64,000 bases of DNA. Origin: Antedon mediterranea. Its lineage: Eukaryota > Animalia > Echinodermata. The notes under the pieces are model-generated. The model was given only the letters and a program-made list of their open reading frames with translations, made no database searches and had not been told where the DNA came from. How positions within the stretch are numbered: the first letter of the stretch is position 1; every line of letters starts with the position of its first letter. Positions 37,501 through 49,361 of the stretch are shown one piece after another. The stretch is taken from NCBI RefSeq assembly GCF_964355755.1, contig NC_092677.1, positions 8,888,101 through 8,952,100 on the forward strand, read 5' to 3'. A program made the position numbers and the translations under genes.

Positions 37501-40500
37501 GTTCTTTAATCTTTGAGTAAGGTCCTCCTTTTGACCAGCTTGTTGAAATCCTGCTAGTGACATGGCACCGCTAAACTTTTGAGCCAGTGAGGCTACACCA
37601 AGACGTTGGTAAATCTTACGAGGAACACTTTCATGCACCAATTTTATTTCTTCAAAATCGTCATCATTTGACCACTCCTCGTTTGGAAAGCAAACATCAT
37701 CACACGTAGCAAACTTCAGGCAATTTGAATTTTGAGTGGCCACAGGAAGCAAAATTCGATCTCTAACTTCGTCGGGCAGTTGTTCATCGGAAAATTGTGT
37801 CAAGTTTATAATAGATTCAATGATATGTATTACCAGATCTCTATCATCGTTAATGCGCTCTTCCTTCACGTTACCATTGGCTTTTTCATGGAATTGCACA
37901 ATTTCCTCCAACAATCCAAGCATTGGTTCGGTCTCACCATCAAATGTTGTACTTGCTCCAAACTCATTAAATAAGTGTGTGTACGCATTTAATTTTGGAG
38001 AAAGAGTATATAGGTATGGTTCTAAGCTACGCCTAGTTTTTTTGATTAAAATTTGTCTCGGTGCAACAAAACTTTGTCCCGTCCAAACAAGTTTGTCCTC
38101 GTGCTCTCTAAATGATTTAAACTCATTTATGTTACTTTGCATAACGTAGTATATATCGGGTAGTATTCTTTCAATGGTATCTATGAGATCTGTGTTCCTA
38201 GTTTGATGCTGATCAGTTAGAAAGCTTACTATGTTCTGTAGATGTGTGTAAATCGACTTTAATGGAGGTTTTAAATCCCACTTGAATCTTTTAGATAGTT
38301 GGTTGTACTCATTTGAGACAAGAGCCAGTGTTGAGCCAACTAAAGGTGCGTGTGAGACAGATGTTACATCTTTTGGTGAAGCTAGAGTTTGATTTGACTG
38401 GAACCATGGAAATTCTACTGGGTATATCTGTTGATCTACAATCTTTACCACAGGAACCCATTGATGGTTTTCAAGGTATGTAAGCAGATTCATATCATCC
38501 AGAATTTGGTGAGAACATTCTAACAGTTCACATACAGCATGTGCTTTGACTTCGTCGGGATGTACCATTAGGAGTTCTACACATATTTTAATTTCCAAAG
38601 GTTTTACTTGCTTATGTGTTTTTAATCCAAGCTGTAGTAGGATATCTCGATAATTACAGTCAAATGGTGCAGCAGGAAATAAATCCTCTTCTCCTCTAAA
38701 CAGCTTGCTTAAAAGGTGATCGGACGGATCAAAACATTCAGATGCCTTCTGAAGATTCCCGTTTTGTAAAGGGATAAATGGTTTGTCTTGTATTGTTTTT
38801 ATTATTTTCGACCTGTACGTCTTATTGACTTCGTCCCACCTGTCCATTATCCAAATGATTAATTCTGTCAACTTCTTGTTTTCTGTGCATTGAATCATTT
38901 GACACAGCACATCTTCTCTTGGACATTGTTTAAGGCTTAATTTAGAGGCCAAAATTCTGGAATCTTCACCTGATACATCAATAATGTCCTCACTTGTTTG
39001 AAAGTCGACTGGAAGAGTATCTTTACTTGCTGTCCTTAGCTCCTTGCCGTTTTCCATGGCTGCCTGGAATCTATTGGTTCTTCCCAAGACGCCTGTTGCC
39101 TTATCAAAGACAGCAAGTTTTAATATAATATCTATTTCTTCAGTTGTCATATTATTTGGAATATCTTTCAAAAATGCCCTCAACAACTCTACATTATTCA
39201 CAGATAGTTTATCAACATCCTCTTTAAATGTTTCACTAGTTTTGGATTCCGCATAAATTCGTAAGATGTCTTTGGGTTGTGCATAGTGGAAGTACTTTCT
39301 CCATTTAGAAGGAGGAAGAGTCACAAATTCTGCATTATCAAAGTTAACAGGAATCAGATGCAGTTGTGGTAGTATATCTTCGATACTTGATTTCTTTCCG
39401 CTACTGGTGACAACTATGTGAGAATTCTGTTGGAATCGAACTAATCTGATGTGATCACCGTCTTTGCTGAAGTTGGTGGGAACCAGTGTAATACCTTCAA
39501 ATTCTTGGATGTTACACTCTGCATCATTACAAACGTTTCTCTGTATGAAATTCCAGATTAGTTCAAGCCAGCTCAGTGGCGGATGACCATTCTTGCCAGG
39601 ACACCATATGACAGCTGGCTGTGTTAACCAATCACGTGGCAATGCTTCCTTGAGCAAAACTGAAATAATTTTAGGTTTAAGTTTCTGAACCTGGTTTATA
39701 CCTGAAAAAGAATCAATTTAATTTGTGAGAAACAGTAACATTATCTGTTAATGAATCTGGGTCTTTGAAACTTCTACATTATTAGGCCTAAAAATTAGGC
39801 AGTTTATTAATAATGTTGTCTAACATTTAAGTTATGTCTCCTACTTATGTTATTGCACGACTAAATTTCAGTATTTTATATAACTTTCTTGTATTGTTAT
39901 ATAGATGGCTTGCTTAGTTTTTATAACTATATCTTATCACCCTTTGTCAATATATGATTTTTTTTTCTTGGTGACAATAAAGTTGAAAGTGTGAAACTAA
40001 ATAAAACGCACAAAACTCCAAATAACTTACTTGTTTTTTCACTTTCAATTACGATCTTTTTCTTCAGTGATTTTTTTAGATCTTCTTTAATAAATCTATT
40101 GTTCAGACATGGTACCAGATCCATTGTGCAATCACTTGATGCAAAAAATAACACGTTAGTATCTCCAGAAGCGAATTTACAAAACGATCCATCAGCTACT
40201 GGCAACAACTCAAATCCTTGTAGATCAATAAAATCATCATCGTCTAGTAAGTACTCTAAAAGGTTGATCTTTTCGCAACTGGTAAGGCTGCTCAAACAAA
40301 CATTACGTAGGGTGTCACGAACAAGTTGAGGAGTAATACGGTTTCCATACTTCTCAACTGTCTTTATGATATTTGGATAGTGTTTTATCGACACAATCGG
40401 CGTCTTGTTTTTTAGAAGAAGCTTTGAAATGAGGCATTGTGTTTCTTCAGGAACTTTCTCAAGAAGGTCAAATATTGCAGTTTTAGTACTTATCCACTCA

Positions 40501-43017
40501 CCTTCACCAACTTCACTAAAGAACACTTTCTCATTCAGTAATAGTTTGAACAGTTCAGGACACATTAGTTCCTTCCAAGGATAAGCCACTTTCTCCATGT
40601 CAGGCCACGTCTGATATACACATGCAACTGAACATTGTCCTATTTTATGTAGTTCGATAGCTTCGAGAATGAGCTTCACATATGCTTTTGGAACAAGGAT
40701 CTGTAGAAGAAGTTGGTTCCATTTTGACATCTTATCATCACGATCTTTAACAGGCCATTTAATTGAACGACGGTCATCGCTAACACCAAAATCAGCATTC
40801 ACATGTACTGGTAACCCACTGCAGTTCTCTTCTGATGGGAGCGGGAGAAAACAGAATGTCCTGCCTTCGATCATCTGCACCTGGTGGCTTGTGGACACGT
40901 GCATGGCTACACCAACCAATGGAAGTCGGTCATGTTCTGTTGCTAATTTAAACATTTCAGATTCTGGATCTAGATTGCCCATATAATTACTGACAAGCCA
41001 CTTGTACTCAATGACTGTATGGTTCTGTAAATTATCATATTCCTCTACCTGAATATTAATTGGGAATATTGTGGAAAATGGTTGTTTGTGATGTTGTCGT
41101 TTACTGTCCTTAATAGATGCTACCATGTCTTTCCTAATTTTCTTAACATCACCTTTGGTTTCATCTGACAGTTTTACAGAAAATGGAGAGATTTCCGTGT
41201 CATGAATTGCTTCTACAGTTATACTTTCTATATTCTTCAGAAATAGTAGGACTATTTTTGCATCATCAACAAACCAATTGAAATATGTTCTTATATCATT
41301 TTCATCTGTAAGGACATCTGAAATCACCGATCGTTCGTTACGAAGAGGAAAGCGAAATATTGTTCCCTTGAACTTGTCTTCTACAGGGATCGGATCTCCA
41401 AACAAATTTGTATATGGTGCAAATTGGTCAGCGAAATTCGGATTTCTGAAAACACTAGTCTCTCTGTGGAATCTACAACCACGCTGCTTTTTACCTTGGT
41501 ACTCAAACAACTTCTCACTGGGATCCATAAATGCTAAATAATCGCCACTGAGAATGCTTGGAAGATCTAAAGGTTAAAACAAATGTAATTTTTTAAATAA
41601 ATAGTTTTTGCATGAAGAATTCTTGATGCAAAATGACACACCACAAACACACAACGTGCTAGTAAATAGCTCATTTACCTGTCAAATGATATACAGATAC
41701 AAATCCCATTCCAAATCGGCCAACTTTTGTTGGATCATCCCTCTTTTTAGATCTTGATAAATTCTGTATGCTTATCCAGTCATCGTCACGAAATGTTGCA
41801 TCATTGAAAGCACATAACGCTGGCCCTTGGAAAGGTGACAAGTCGCCAATTCCTTTCCCTTGATACAAACGATCGGTGCCATGTTGTCGCTGATCATATA
41901 AAAACTTGACTGTCCCAGCTCCAGCGTCATCTGCATTCTGTGTCAACTCCTGTAGAAATATTATTGCACAACCTTATCAAATCAAAATATAATTAATTTG
42001 TACAGTACTGAATTACTTGTAGCGTGCACAATTATAAATATACACATTTACAAAAGCTCTATTTTCTGACAGGAGGTTCATCAAATTTGTATCATTGATA
42101 GTTAATCATAAATGACCTTATCGTAACTAGGCCTATAATGAGGACTATAATAATTACTGTATAAATACCTTCAACAATTGACCACCAGTGTAATTTCGAA
42201 GTATTTGCTTGACGTAGTCTATCAGTGGTGGTTCTTTTTGTCCAAAACCAAAATCTTTAATAAAAAAAATAAGCGTCTTTTCTACTTAGTACGAAGCGAA
42301 TTATATATGTATGTATGTATGTATATCACTGTAACCAAAAATGTTTGTGAATAGTAACATTTTGGGTAGGAGGATCAAACGTGTCTGTGTTCTAAAGGTC
42401 CGTCTTCTAACGGTCCGTCTATTCTACACTACTAACAAATAAATACGTGCGATATGCCCAAATATGGTTGTGATATGACATCATCATGTCCATATATACA
42501 AATTACATTTTTTCACATAAAGTTTAATAGCGTAGACAGAGCTTAAAGGTGTATTGTCCCCCTGAAAAAATAATTACTTATTTCTTTTTTTTTTTAATAT
42601 GCCATTTTAATGTCACATAATAGTTATCCACTTTGACCAAAAATTAGATCGAAAACTAAATTCATTTACCTGAAAAAAACTGTAATGGATTTTTGTTTGA
42701 ATTTTTTTTCATTTTTTTACTACAGAAGTGAATAACTTTAAAAAACTACAAAATAACCTATTCAAAGTCTGATTTTATTAATCTTCATTTTTCATATTTT
42801 TGGGGGACAATACATCTTTAAGGAGCATGAGATGCTACCTATATTTGAAGAATATGACTAGCTTCAATAATGACTATGACAATATATGTGTTTATATATA
42901 TATATAAAAACATTTATGTAAGCATCGCAAATGTGTACAGTCTCTTTTCATTGTGATTACATAATTACACTGCTCGTATAAACCTGGTTAATACTTACCA
43001 ATCTCCTCTTCGTTCAT
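28570..43017 (-). CDS. Sacsin-like protein copy B, intact, ~4347 aa (SRR1-SRR2-SRR3, J-domain, HEPN)
   Basis: Exons 43017-42999, 42254-42169, 41949-41679, 41566-40031 and 39701-28570 sum to 13044 nt (4348 codons) with GT-AG junctions. [37 protein letters not shown] matches the sacsin SRR1 start. WHPDKNP J-domain and C-terminal HEPN present. Confidence 0.93.
42547..42817. mobile_element. Kolobok-like MITE in intron 1 of sacsin copy B
   Basis: TTAA|AGGTGTATTGTCCCCC...GGGGGACAATACATCT|TTAA. Homologous to 8148-8442. Confidence 0.8.
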
Positions 43018-44875
43018 GATCACAGCTTTACCCAAATTCAACTCCTATGTATAGAATAATCGAATATGCCAATTATAATTACTAAAAGTAACCGTAGATA
43101 TCATATTGATATAATGTTTGCGGTACGCCAGCCACATCTAGTTCTGAAAGAACTGTTGACAAGCTTGAGTTTCTCGACGTTTCGATCAATAGGAGTGAGA
43201 ATGGTCAAATTATATTGATAAAATCGTCGAGAAATCTCAACAGTTTGATCAACATTTGATTTCCCCATGCCAACCTTCAAACAATATATAACCTTAAATT
43301 TTGTTATTTAAGTAAGTTACAGGAAATATGCTTTATGACTCAAAATCATCTTCGACAATTATACCTCCTCCCTTATGTGAAATCCTTGGGTGAACGCGCA
43401 AAAATCTTTAGAAAAAAAAATGTGCGTACAATTCGTCATATAAGTCATAGATCCACATTCGTTCACGGACCAAATAATTGCAACACGCTAAAACCAATAC
43501 ATTAAAATCGCAATACTCAAAAAACAAAACTAAAGAAATGATATTGAGTACTTACTAAAAATAGGGGAGAAATATAAACAAAAACATTAGACCTATGTTT
43601 TTGTTCTTTTGTACATTGGCCTAATTGGTTTTTTTTTATGAATGTTGTCTGGCGTGTATACGGTACACATTAATAAATGGTTACCGAACTGACAAGTACC
43701 CATTTCTTTTGATATAGGCCTACCATTGAATATTGTAAATGTAATTGTACTGAACAAAGTACGGTTTATTTTATTTTCCTAGATACGTGTAAATACAGTG
43801 CGGTTAAGGAATGAACATAATCTATAGTATACAATTTATTTCAGAATGATTATACGGCGTTCGCAACAACCCATAGATGATAGACATTGACACCCACGCC
43901 CTCACACAAAAGACATCCGTGATTTCCGGATTATTTGGGAACTTTTTATATTGTGAGCAGTGATCCTCACACTATTGTGTAAATAAAGGTATGAGGGACA
44001 GTGTTACAACCGCTAATGTAGAAAACGCCAGCTAATGTCGAAGCAACCGTTAATGTCGAACAATACACCGATAATGTAAACCAACAGCTTATGTAGTAAA
44101 TAAAATCAACACCAGATAATGTAGAATGGTCAACTTAATGTAGTAACGGCAGCCTCACACGCCTAAATTAAGTTACAATCGCCAGCAAATGTAGAAAATA
44201 TTATATATTTTACAAACCTATGGCTTTCAAAAAGCGGCCATCTCGTAGGCGACCACCTCTCTTAAGAGATTTAGCCATAGGTGGTTTGTAAAATATATTT
44301 CATTTCATTCATTATATAATATAATAATATTTTTTACATTTGCTGGCGATAATAACTACATTAGCTGTGAGGCAATTTCCGTAACTACATTAGCTGTTGA
44401 CTTTACTACATTAACTAGTGTTGATTTTTTATTTACTACTAAGCAGGTGTTCTATTAGCTGTGGATTGTCTCTACGGGTGCAGGTCAAGTCGGCCCTAAA
44501 CCGTCTCGGCCAAAGTCAAGTCGGCCCCACGTCAAGTCGGCCCCAAGTCAACTCGGCCTCAAGTCAACTCGGCCTCAAGTCAACTCGGCCTCAAGTCAAC
44601 TCGGCCTCAAGTCAACTCGGCCTCAAGTCAACTCGGCCTCACGTCAACTCGGCGAAAAACTAATCGGTCAACTCGACCAAAATAAAGTATGGAACGCAAA
44701 AAGTGTTTAATATTATTATGATTCCTACTATCCATGCTTTTAAAAAAATGAAGAAATAAAAAAAATAATATAATTAAATAATATCATATAAAAAAATGAA
44801 CTCATTGCTGATATGAATATAAGTACCCGCGTGTTACAAAAACACGTGCAGGTACCGCATTTTCGTAAATCGAAG

Positions 44876-46814
44876 CAGGGGTGGCGCCAGGATCTTCCCG
44901 ACGCGGGGGATACATTCCCCGACGAGGGGGCTATGCGAGCGAAGCGAGCATCACTAGGCTGGGGGACAGGGGGCCGCCAAGGGCCCCTGGTGGGGGTCCA
45001 GGGGGCGAAGCCCCCGGAACCATGCGTTCTAGCGTCATTTGAGGTCATTTTAATCAGATTTAAGGTAGCCATTTTTTCCATTTTTTATAATGCATAAATA
45101 AAATACTGCGTGCTAAAAAACGATGCGCGATGACTGTTTCAATCCATATTTTTCAATTAAAAAAATAAAAGTTCAAAGAAAATTTAGAAAAAATAGAGTT
45201 GGAGGTCCCGGAAATTGGACTTATTATACTTCAAAACATGAAACAAAATATATAAGTCCCTATCATGGTTGTGACTGAGCTAAGAAATGTTTGAAAAATA
45301 GAGATGTTAGGTCCCGGAAAATGCACTTCTCGTTCTTCGAAATATGACCAGCTTTATTGTTGGGGCTGAGCTAAGAAAATGTTTAAAACTAGAGCTGCAG
45401 GTCTTCAAAAAATTGCATTTTATACTTTGGAAACGTCAGGCCTAGAGGCTTAAAAAACGCAAGCGTAGACCTTTTTCAGTCGGGGAAATAAGTTTATTCC
45501 TCCCAAGTGTATGCGTGCGTACCATCTGGACTTCCGAGTGGTGAGAAATTCATGACATACAGGATATTGAAAATGTAATAACTTAGCTATAATAAGATGT
45601 TGGCTAAGCGAAAATGGCATGTTTTTTTGTTTAGTACGGAATGGATGAAAAATTTATTTTAGGTGCCCCACGGTACAGAAGGTTACTTGTAAATTAAAAA
45701 ATTGGTGAACATACGAACAATTAACATAATTCGTTTTTGCTGTAGTGTAGCGTACGTCGACGCAGTACACGACGTAACCGTCGGTAAACTTCGCCTGGAA
45801 AATAACTACAGTACACATTTTGGTCCCTGGATGGAACAACATGATATCACGCGTCTCGACCCAACGTTGAACGATTCGTACAAAGGGATACCGCCAGACA
45901 AGTGCGTACCTAGCTATTGTTTAGTAGTAAGTTTAGATCGCTGGCAATAATGAATGCATATAAAGTGCATAATATCACTCTGACGTACTCTCACGGTCAA
46001 TGAAACGTCGCGGTTTTCTAGGCGCTGAAGCTAGCTACGAAGTGAACGCGAACGCTTTTTACTGTATATTATATTCCCCGACAAAAAGTACCCGTGTTCC
46101 CTTCGGTAACCGTCGGTATACTTCGCCTGAAAAATAACCACATTACACATTTTGGTCCCTGGATGAAACTTGATATCACGCGTCTCGACCCAACGTTGAA
46201 CGATTCGTACAAAGGGATACCGCCAGACAAGTGCGTACCTAGCTAATGTTTAGTAGTAAGTTAGATCGCATAAAAGTGCATATTAACCCTCTGACGTACT
46301 CTCACGGTCAATTGAACGTCGTGGTTTTCTAGGCGCTGAAGCTATAGGCCTATGAAGTGAACGCGAACGCTTTTTACTGTATATTATATTCCCCGACAAA
46401 AAGTACCCGTGTTCCCTTCGGTAACCGTCGGTATACTTCGCCTGGAAAATAACCACATTACACATTTTGGTCCCTGGATGAAACTTGATATCACGCGTCT
46501 CGACCCAACGTTGAACGATTCGTACAAAGGGATACCGTCAGACAAGTGCGTACCTAGCTAATGTTTAGTAGTAAGTTAGATCGCATAAAAGTGCATATTA
46601 ACCCTCTGACGTACTCTCACGGTCAATTGAACGTCGTGGTTTTCTAGGCGCTGAAGCTATAGGCCTATGAAGTGAACGCGAACGTTTTTTACTGTATATT
46701 ATATTCCCCGACAAAAAGTACCCGTGTTCCCCGACGGGGGGGATAGGCTCCCCGACGAGGGGGCTAGAGCCCCCGTAGCCCCCCCCCCCCCCCCCCCCGC
46801 TGGCGCCACCACTG
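44876..46814. mobile_element. Non-autonomous hAT-type element with 8-bp TSD
   Basis: Termini CAGGGGTGGCGCCAG...CTGGCGCCACCACTG. AATCGAAG is duplicated at 44868-44875 and 46815-46822. Confidence 0.88.
45774..46730. repeat. Three tandem ~315-330-bp units inside the hAT element
   Basis: Units start GTAACCGTCGGTA at 45774, 46106 and 46421 and are highly similar. Confidence 0.88.
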
Positions 46815-47865
46815 AATCGAAGACGGAGGCCTACGTTCCACCATTTGGCCATAGAAAAATTGATCGTACATATCGTTTTTGTCCATGATTTGCGTTTTTA
46901 AAAAAGGGCAATCCCCCGGTCAGTGAAAACACGTAGCAGTTGTAGATATCGAAAAAGGTGCCAAAGGCGCAGGGAGGCGCAACTAGGAATTGTTTTCAAT
47001 TGTGCAATTTGAAATTTTATTAAACGTAAATAAAGGAAAGTTGGTGAAATCATTCCTATTTTTTTTGCAATATATTATTGTCTAAATATTAATATTCATT
47101 AAAAGTCAGAATTATTTATAGTTAAAAAATTGTGAAGAAATATTATTTTATCAATCCCCTTCATTTGTACTTTTTGCGTTCCATACTTTAACGGGGTCCG
47201 AGTTGACCGATTATTTTTTGGCCGAGTTGATGTGAGGCCGAGTTGACTTGAGGCCGAGTTGACTTGAGGCCGAGTTGACTTGGGGCCGACTTGACTTGGG
47301 GCAGACTTGACTTTGGCCGAGACGGTTTAGGGCCGACTTGGATCGAATGGATCGAAATCGTTTCTACATTAACATTGATTCAGCAGCAATGATGGCAATA
47401 GCAGAACATCTCCTTTACATTATAGAACGGATGTTAGTCAGTGAAAACACATTCTATTGCACAGTACTGTACACCATACCGCGATACATTCATGTCATTG
47501 GCGTAGGTTGCGAGGACGCCCCACTCCCCACCTTTCCAAAAAGGCAAAAGGTCACTTGCAATTTATTAAGACCTGCAGCTCAAGTTTGCAATATTTTCTT
47601 AGCTCAGGCAGCCCCAATCATAGACGCTGGTCCAGGAGACTTATATATTTTGATTAATATTTCAAGTAAATACTTTAAGTCCTTGTGTCACACAATATCA
47701 GAAGTTCATATTTAAAACTTTTCCTACCTACAAGCTGATGCATCATGATGTGAGTGATATCAAAGTCATAATAGAGTCACCACCCGAGTCACCAACAACC
47801 AATATTAAATATCTCAGGTTTAGGAGGACCTACGACAGCAGTCTTCTTGGACATTAAGACTTATT

Positions 47866-48010
47866 GATTGATTTAAAAGGGTGTTGCATTTATTTGGATT
47901 AACATGCATCACGTGATCGGTGGAAGTCGAATGATATTCTTCCACGTAACTTTGGTTTTTTTACTGGAAATTCCCAAACGATTATGTATGAAACGCCCAA
48001 GGGGACAATA
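47866..48010. promoter_or_regulatory. Conserved upstream block of sacsin copy B (E-box 47910-47915, kB site GGAAATTCCC 47966-47975)
   Basis: Homologous to 25731-25852 and 6637-6963. The reverse complement GGGAATTTCC is a consensus Rel/NF-kB site. Confidence 0.55.
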
Positions 48011-49361
48011 AAACGTGTCACAATAAAAGTGCCCAAAAACAAGCCTACACATTTCATCCCTTAATTCCACACAATATTTGTCTGCACCGTAAGAAGATCT
48101 CAAACCAATGAAAATCTAATTACATTAGAACCTCTATTAAGGGGACACTTTGTTTGAGCCCAAAGGGCTACAAGGGTTTGCCTCTTAATTTCAAATTTCG
48201 CCTTCTCGTTTGTGTGTCAGTGTAAATTCTAGACTGACGTATTTCGAATCAATATTAGCAAAAAGAATAAACAGACTTGGAGCAAGTCTGGAGTGTGTCC
48301 CCAAGGACAATATTTGTAGCGCCGCCTATTCAGGGTTCTATTATGGAACGAAGTCCTAAAAAACAGCAGCCTCACATTTTAAATGCGATTTGCAAACACA
48401 ATTATTATAATAGGCCTAATTAAATTTATTTTTGGAAATATGTACTGTCTACCATAAGTAATGTTGATATTAATTTGTGTATGACTAAGCGGTCGGTTTG
48501 GATTGGTTATGTGATTAGGCTTTGAATAGGCCCGGTTGTAGTTTTTTATTAATATGAGTAGGCTTAATTACTTCGTAAAAAATAAAATAATGATATTTTA
48601 CTTATAAAAAGACAAATTAAACTATTAAGCCTAAATTAACCAAAAACCATTGTCTACAGACCTATATTTGCTTTTTTGTTCAGGTAAATAATCTTTTTTT
48701 TAATGGCAATTTGTTACCATTATAGGCCTATGTGAATAACTAGGCCTTGTATGTGACAATAAAATGGCATATATTTTCAACAACAAAAAAGGGACAACTT
48801 TAATATCTATAATATGACTAAAGAAGGACAAAAATTGAATTGAATATAATAAATATTGAAGGCAGATTGTATCAGGGTCAGGTAGGCCTACACAGGGGCT
48901 ATAATGTCCTAGTTGGTAACACTGGCTGTGCAAACATACCTGTTGAAATATTTATGCAATTTAAACTTTGTACCAATGGATTTATCTTTGTACCCTACGC
49001 AACACCCGGACATTTTTATGAAAAGATAAAAGGCCTATCATAATAGGGCCATAGCGATAATGACGTCACTGTTCAGTGAATGAGATTAATTAACAAGCAA
49101 CAACTGAAGTATAAACTAAAACGAGAACGTAAGAAGAACAAGTTGAACATTTGAATTTAATATTACTAGTACTACCAACGTAACTTTCGATTAAAGATTG
49201 GATATTTTTACAATACGAGAAGGGATTTTTAATGTGCATACATTTGAACTATCTGTATTTTTAAATAGTTGAAAAAGGATAATTGTCGGTATGAAATGAG
49301 TCTACCGAAACGCGGCGAGCCACGAAGGTTCAACAACCGTTCAATTTGTATTTTGTCATCA

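Larger units (their letters stand above)
44476..47340. mobile_element. Non-autonomous DNA transposon with ~200-bp TIRs built of 16-bp tandem repeats (AAGTCAACTCGGCCTC)
   Basis: About 44485-44705 and about 47168-47340 are inverted copies, including the 16-mer arrays and aaagtatggaacgcaaaaagt. Superfamily not determined. Confidence 0.8.
44005..47380. mobile_element. Foldback-type palindromic element (TAATGTAG-rich arms, centre ~44250) interrupted at ~44475 by nested insertions
   Basis: About 44080-44225 is an imperfect reverse complement of about 44275-44445. The arm appears to resume at ~47359 (cgtttctacattaac vs rc of 44010-44027). Ends are approximate. Confidence 0.6.

Noticed and set aside
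9072-41541. Many short plus-strand ORFs overlapping the sacsin genes
   Set aside because: Antisense shadows of long coding exons; their recurrence only reflects paralog identity.
28570-43017. Assigning the symbol SACS
   Set aside because: Several paralogs and no UBL domain; orthology to vertebrate SACS needs a phylogeny.
44490-44655. CRISPR-like array / ORF 44418-44663
   Set aside because: 16-bp units are contiguous without unique spacers and are mirrored at 47220-47340; they are transposon subterminal repeats in a eukaryotic genome.
46283-46852. Repeated ORFs ending ...RRSIDRESTSEG
   Set aside because: Translations of the tandem units and a poly-C tract within a non-autonomous hAT element.
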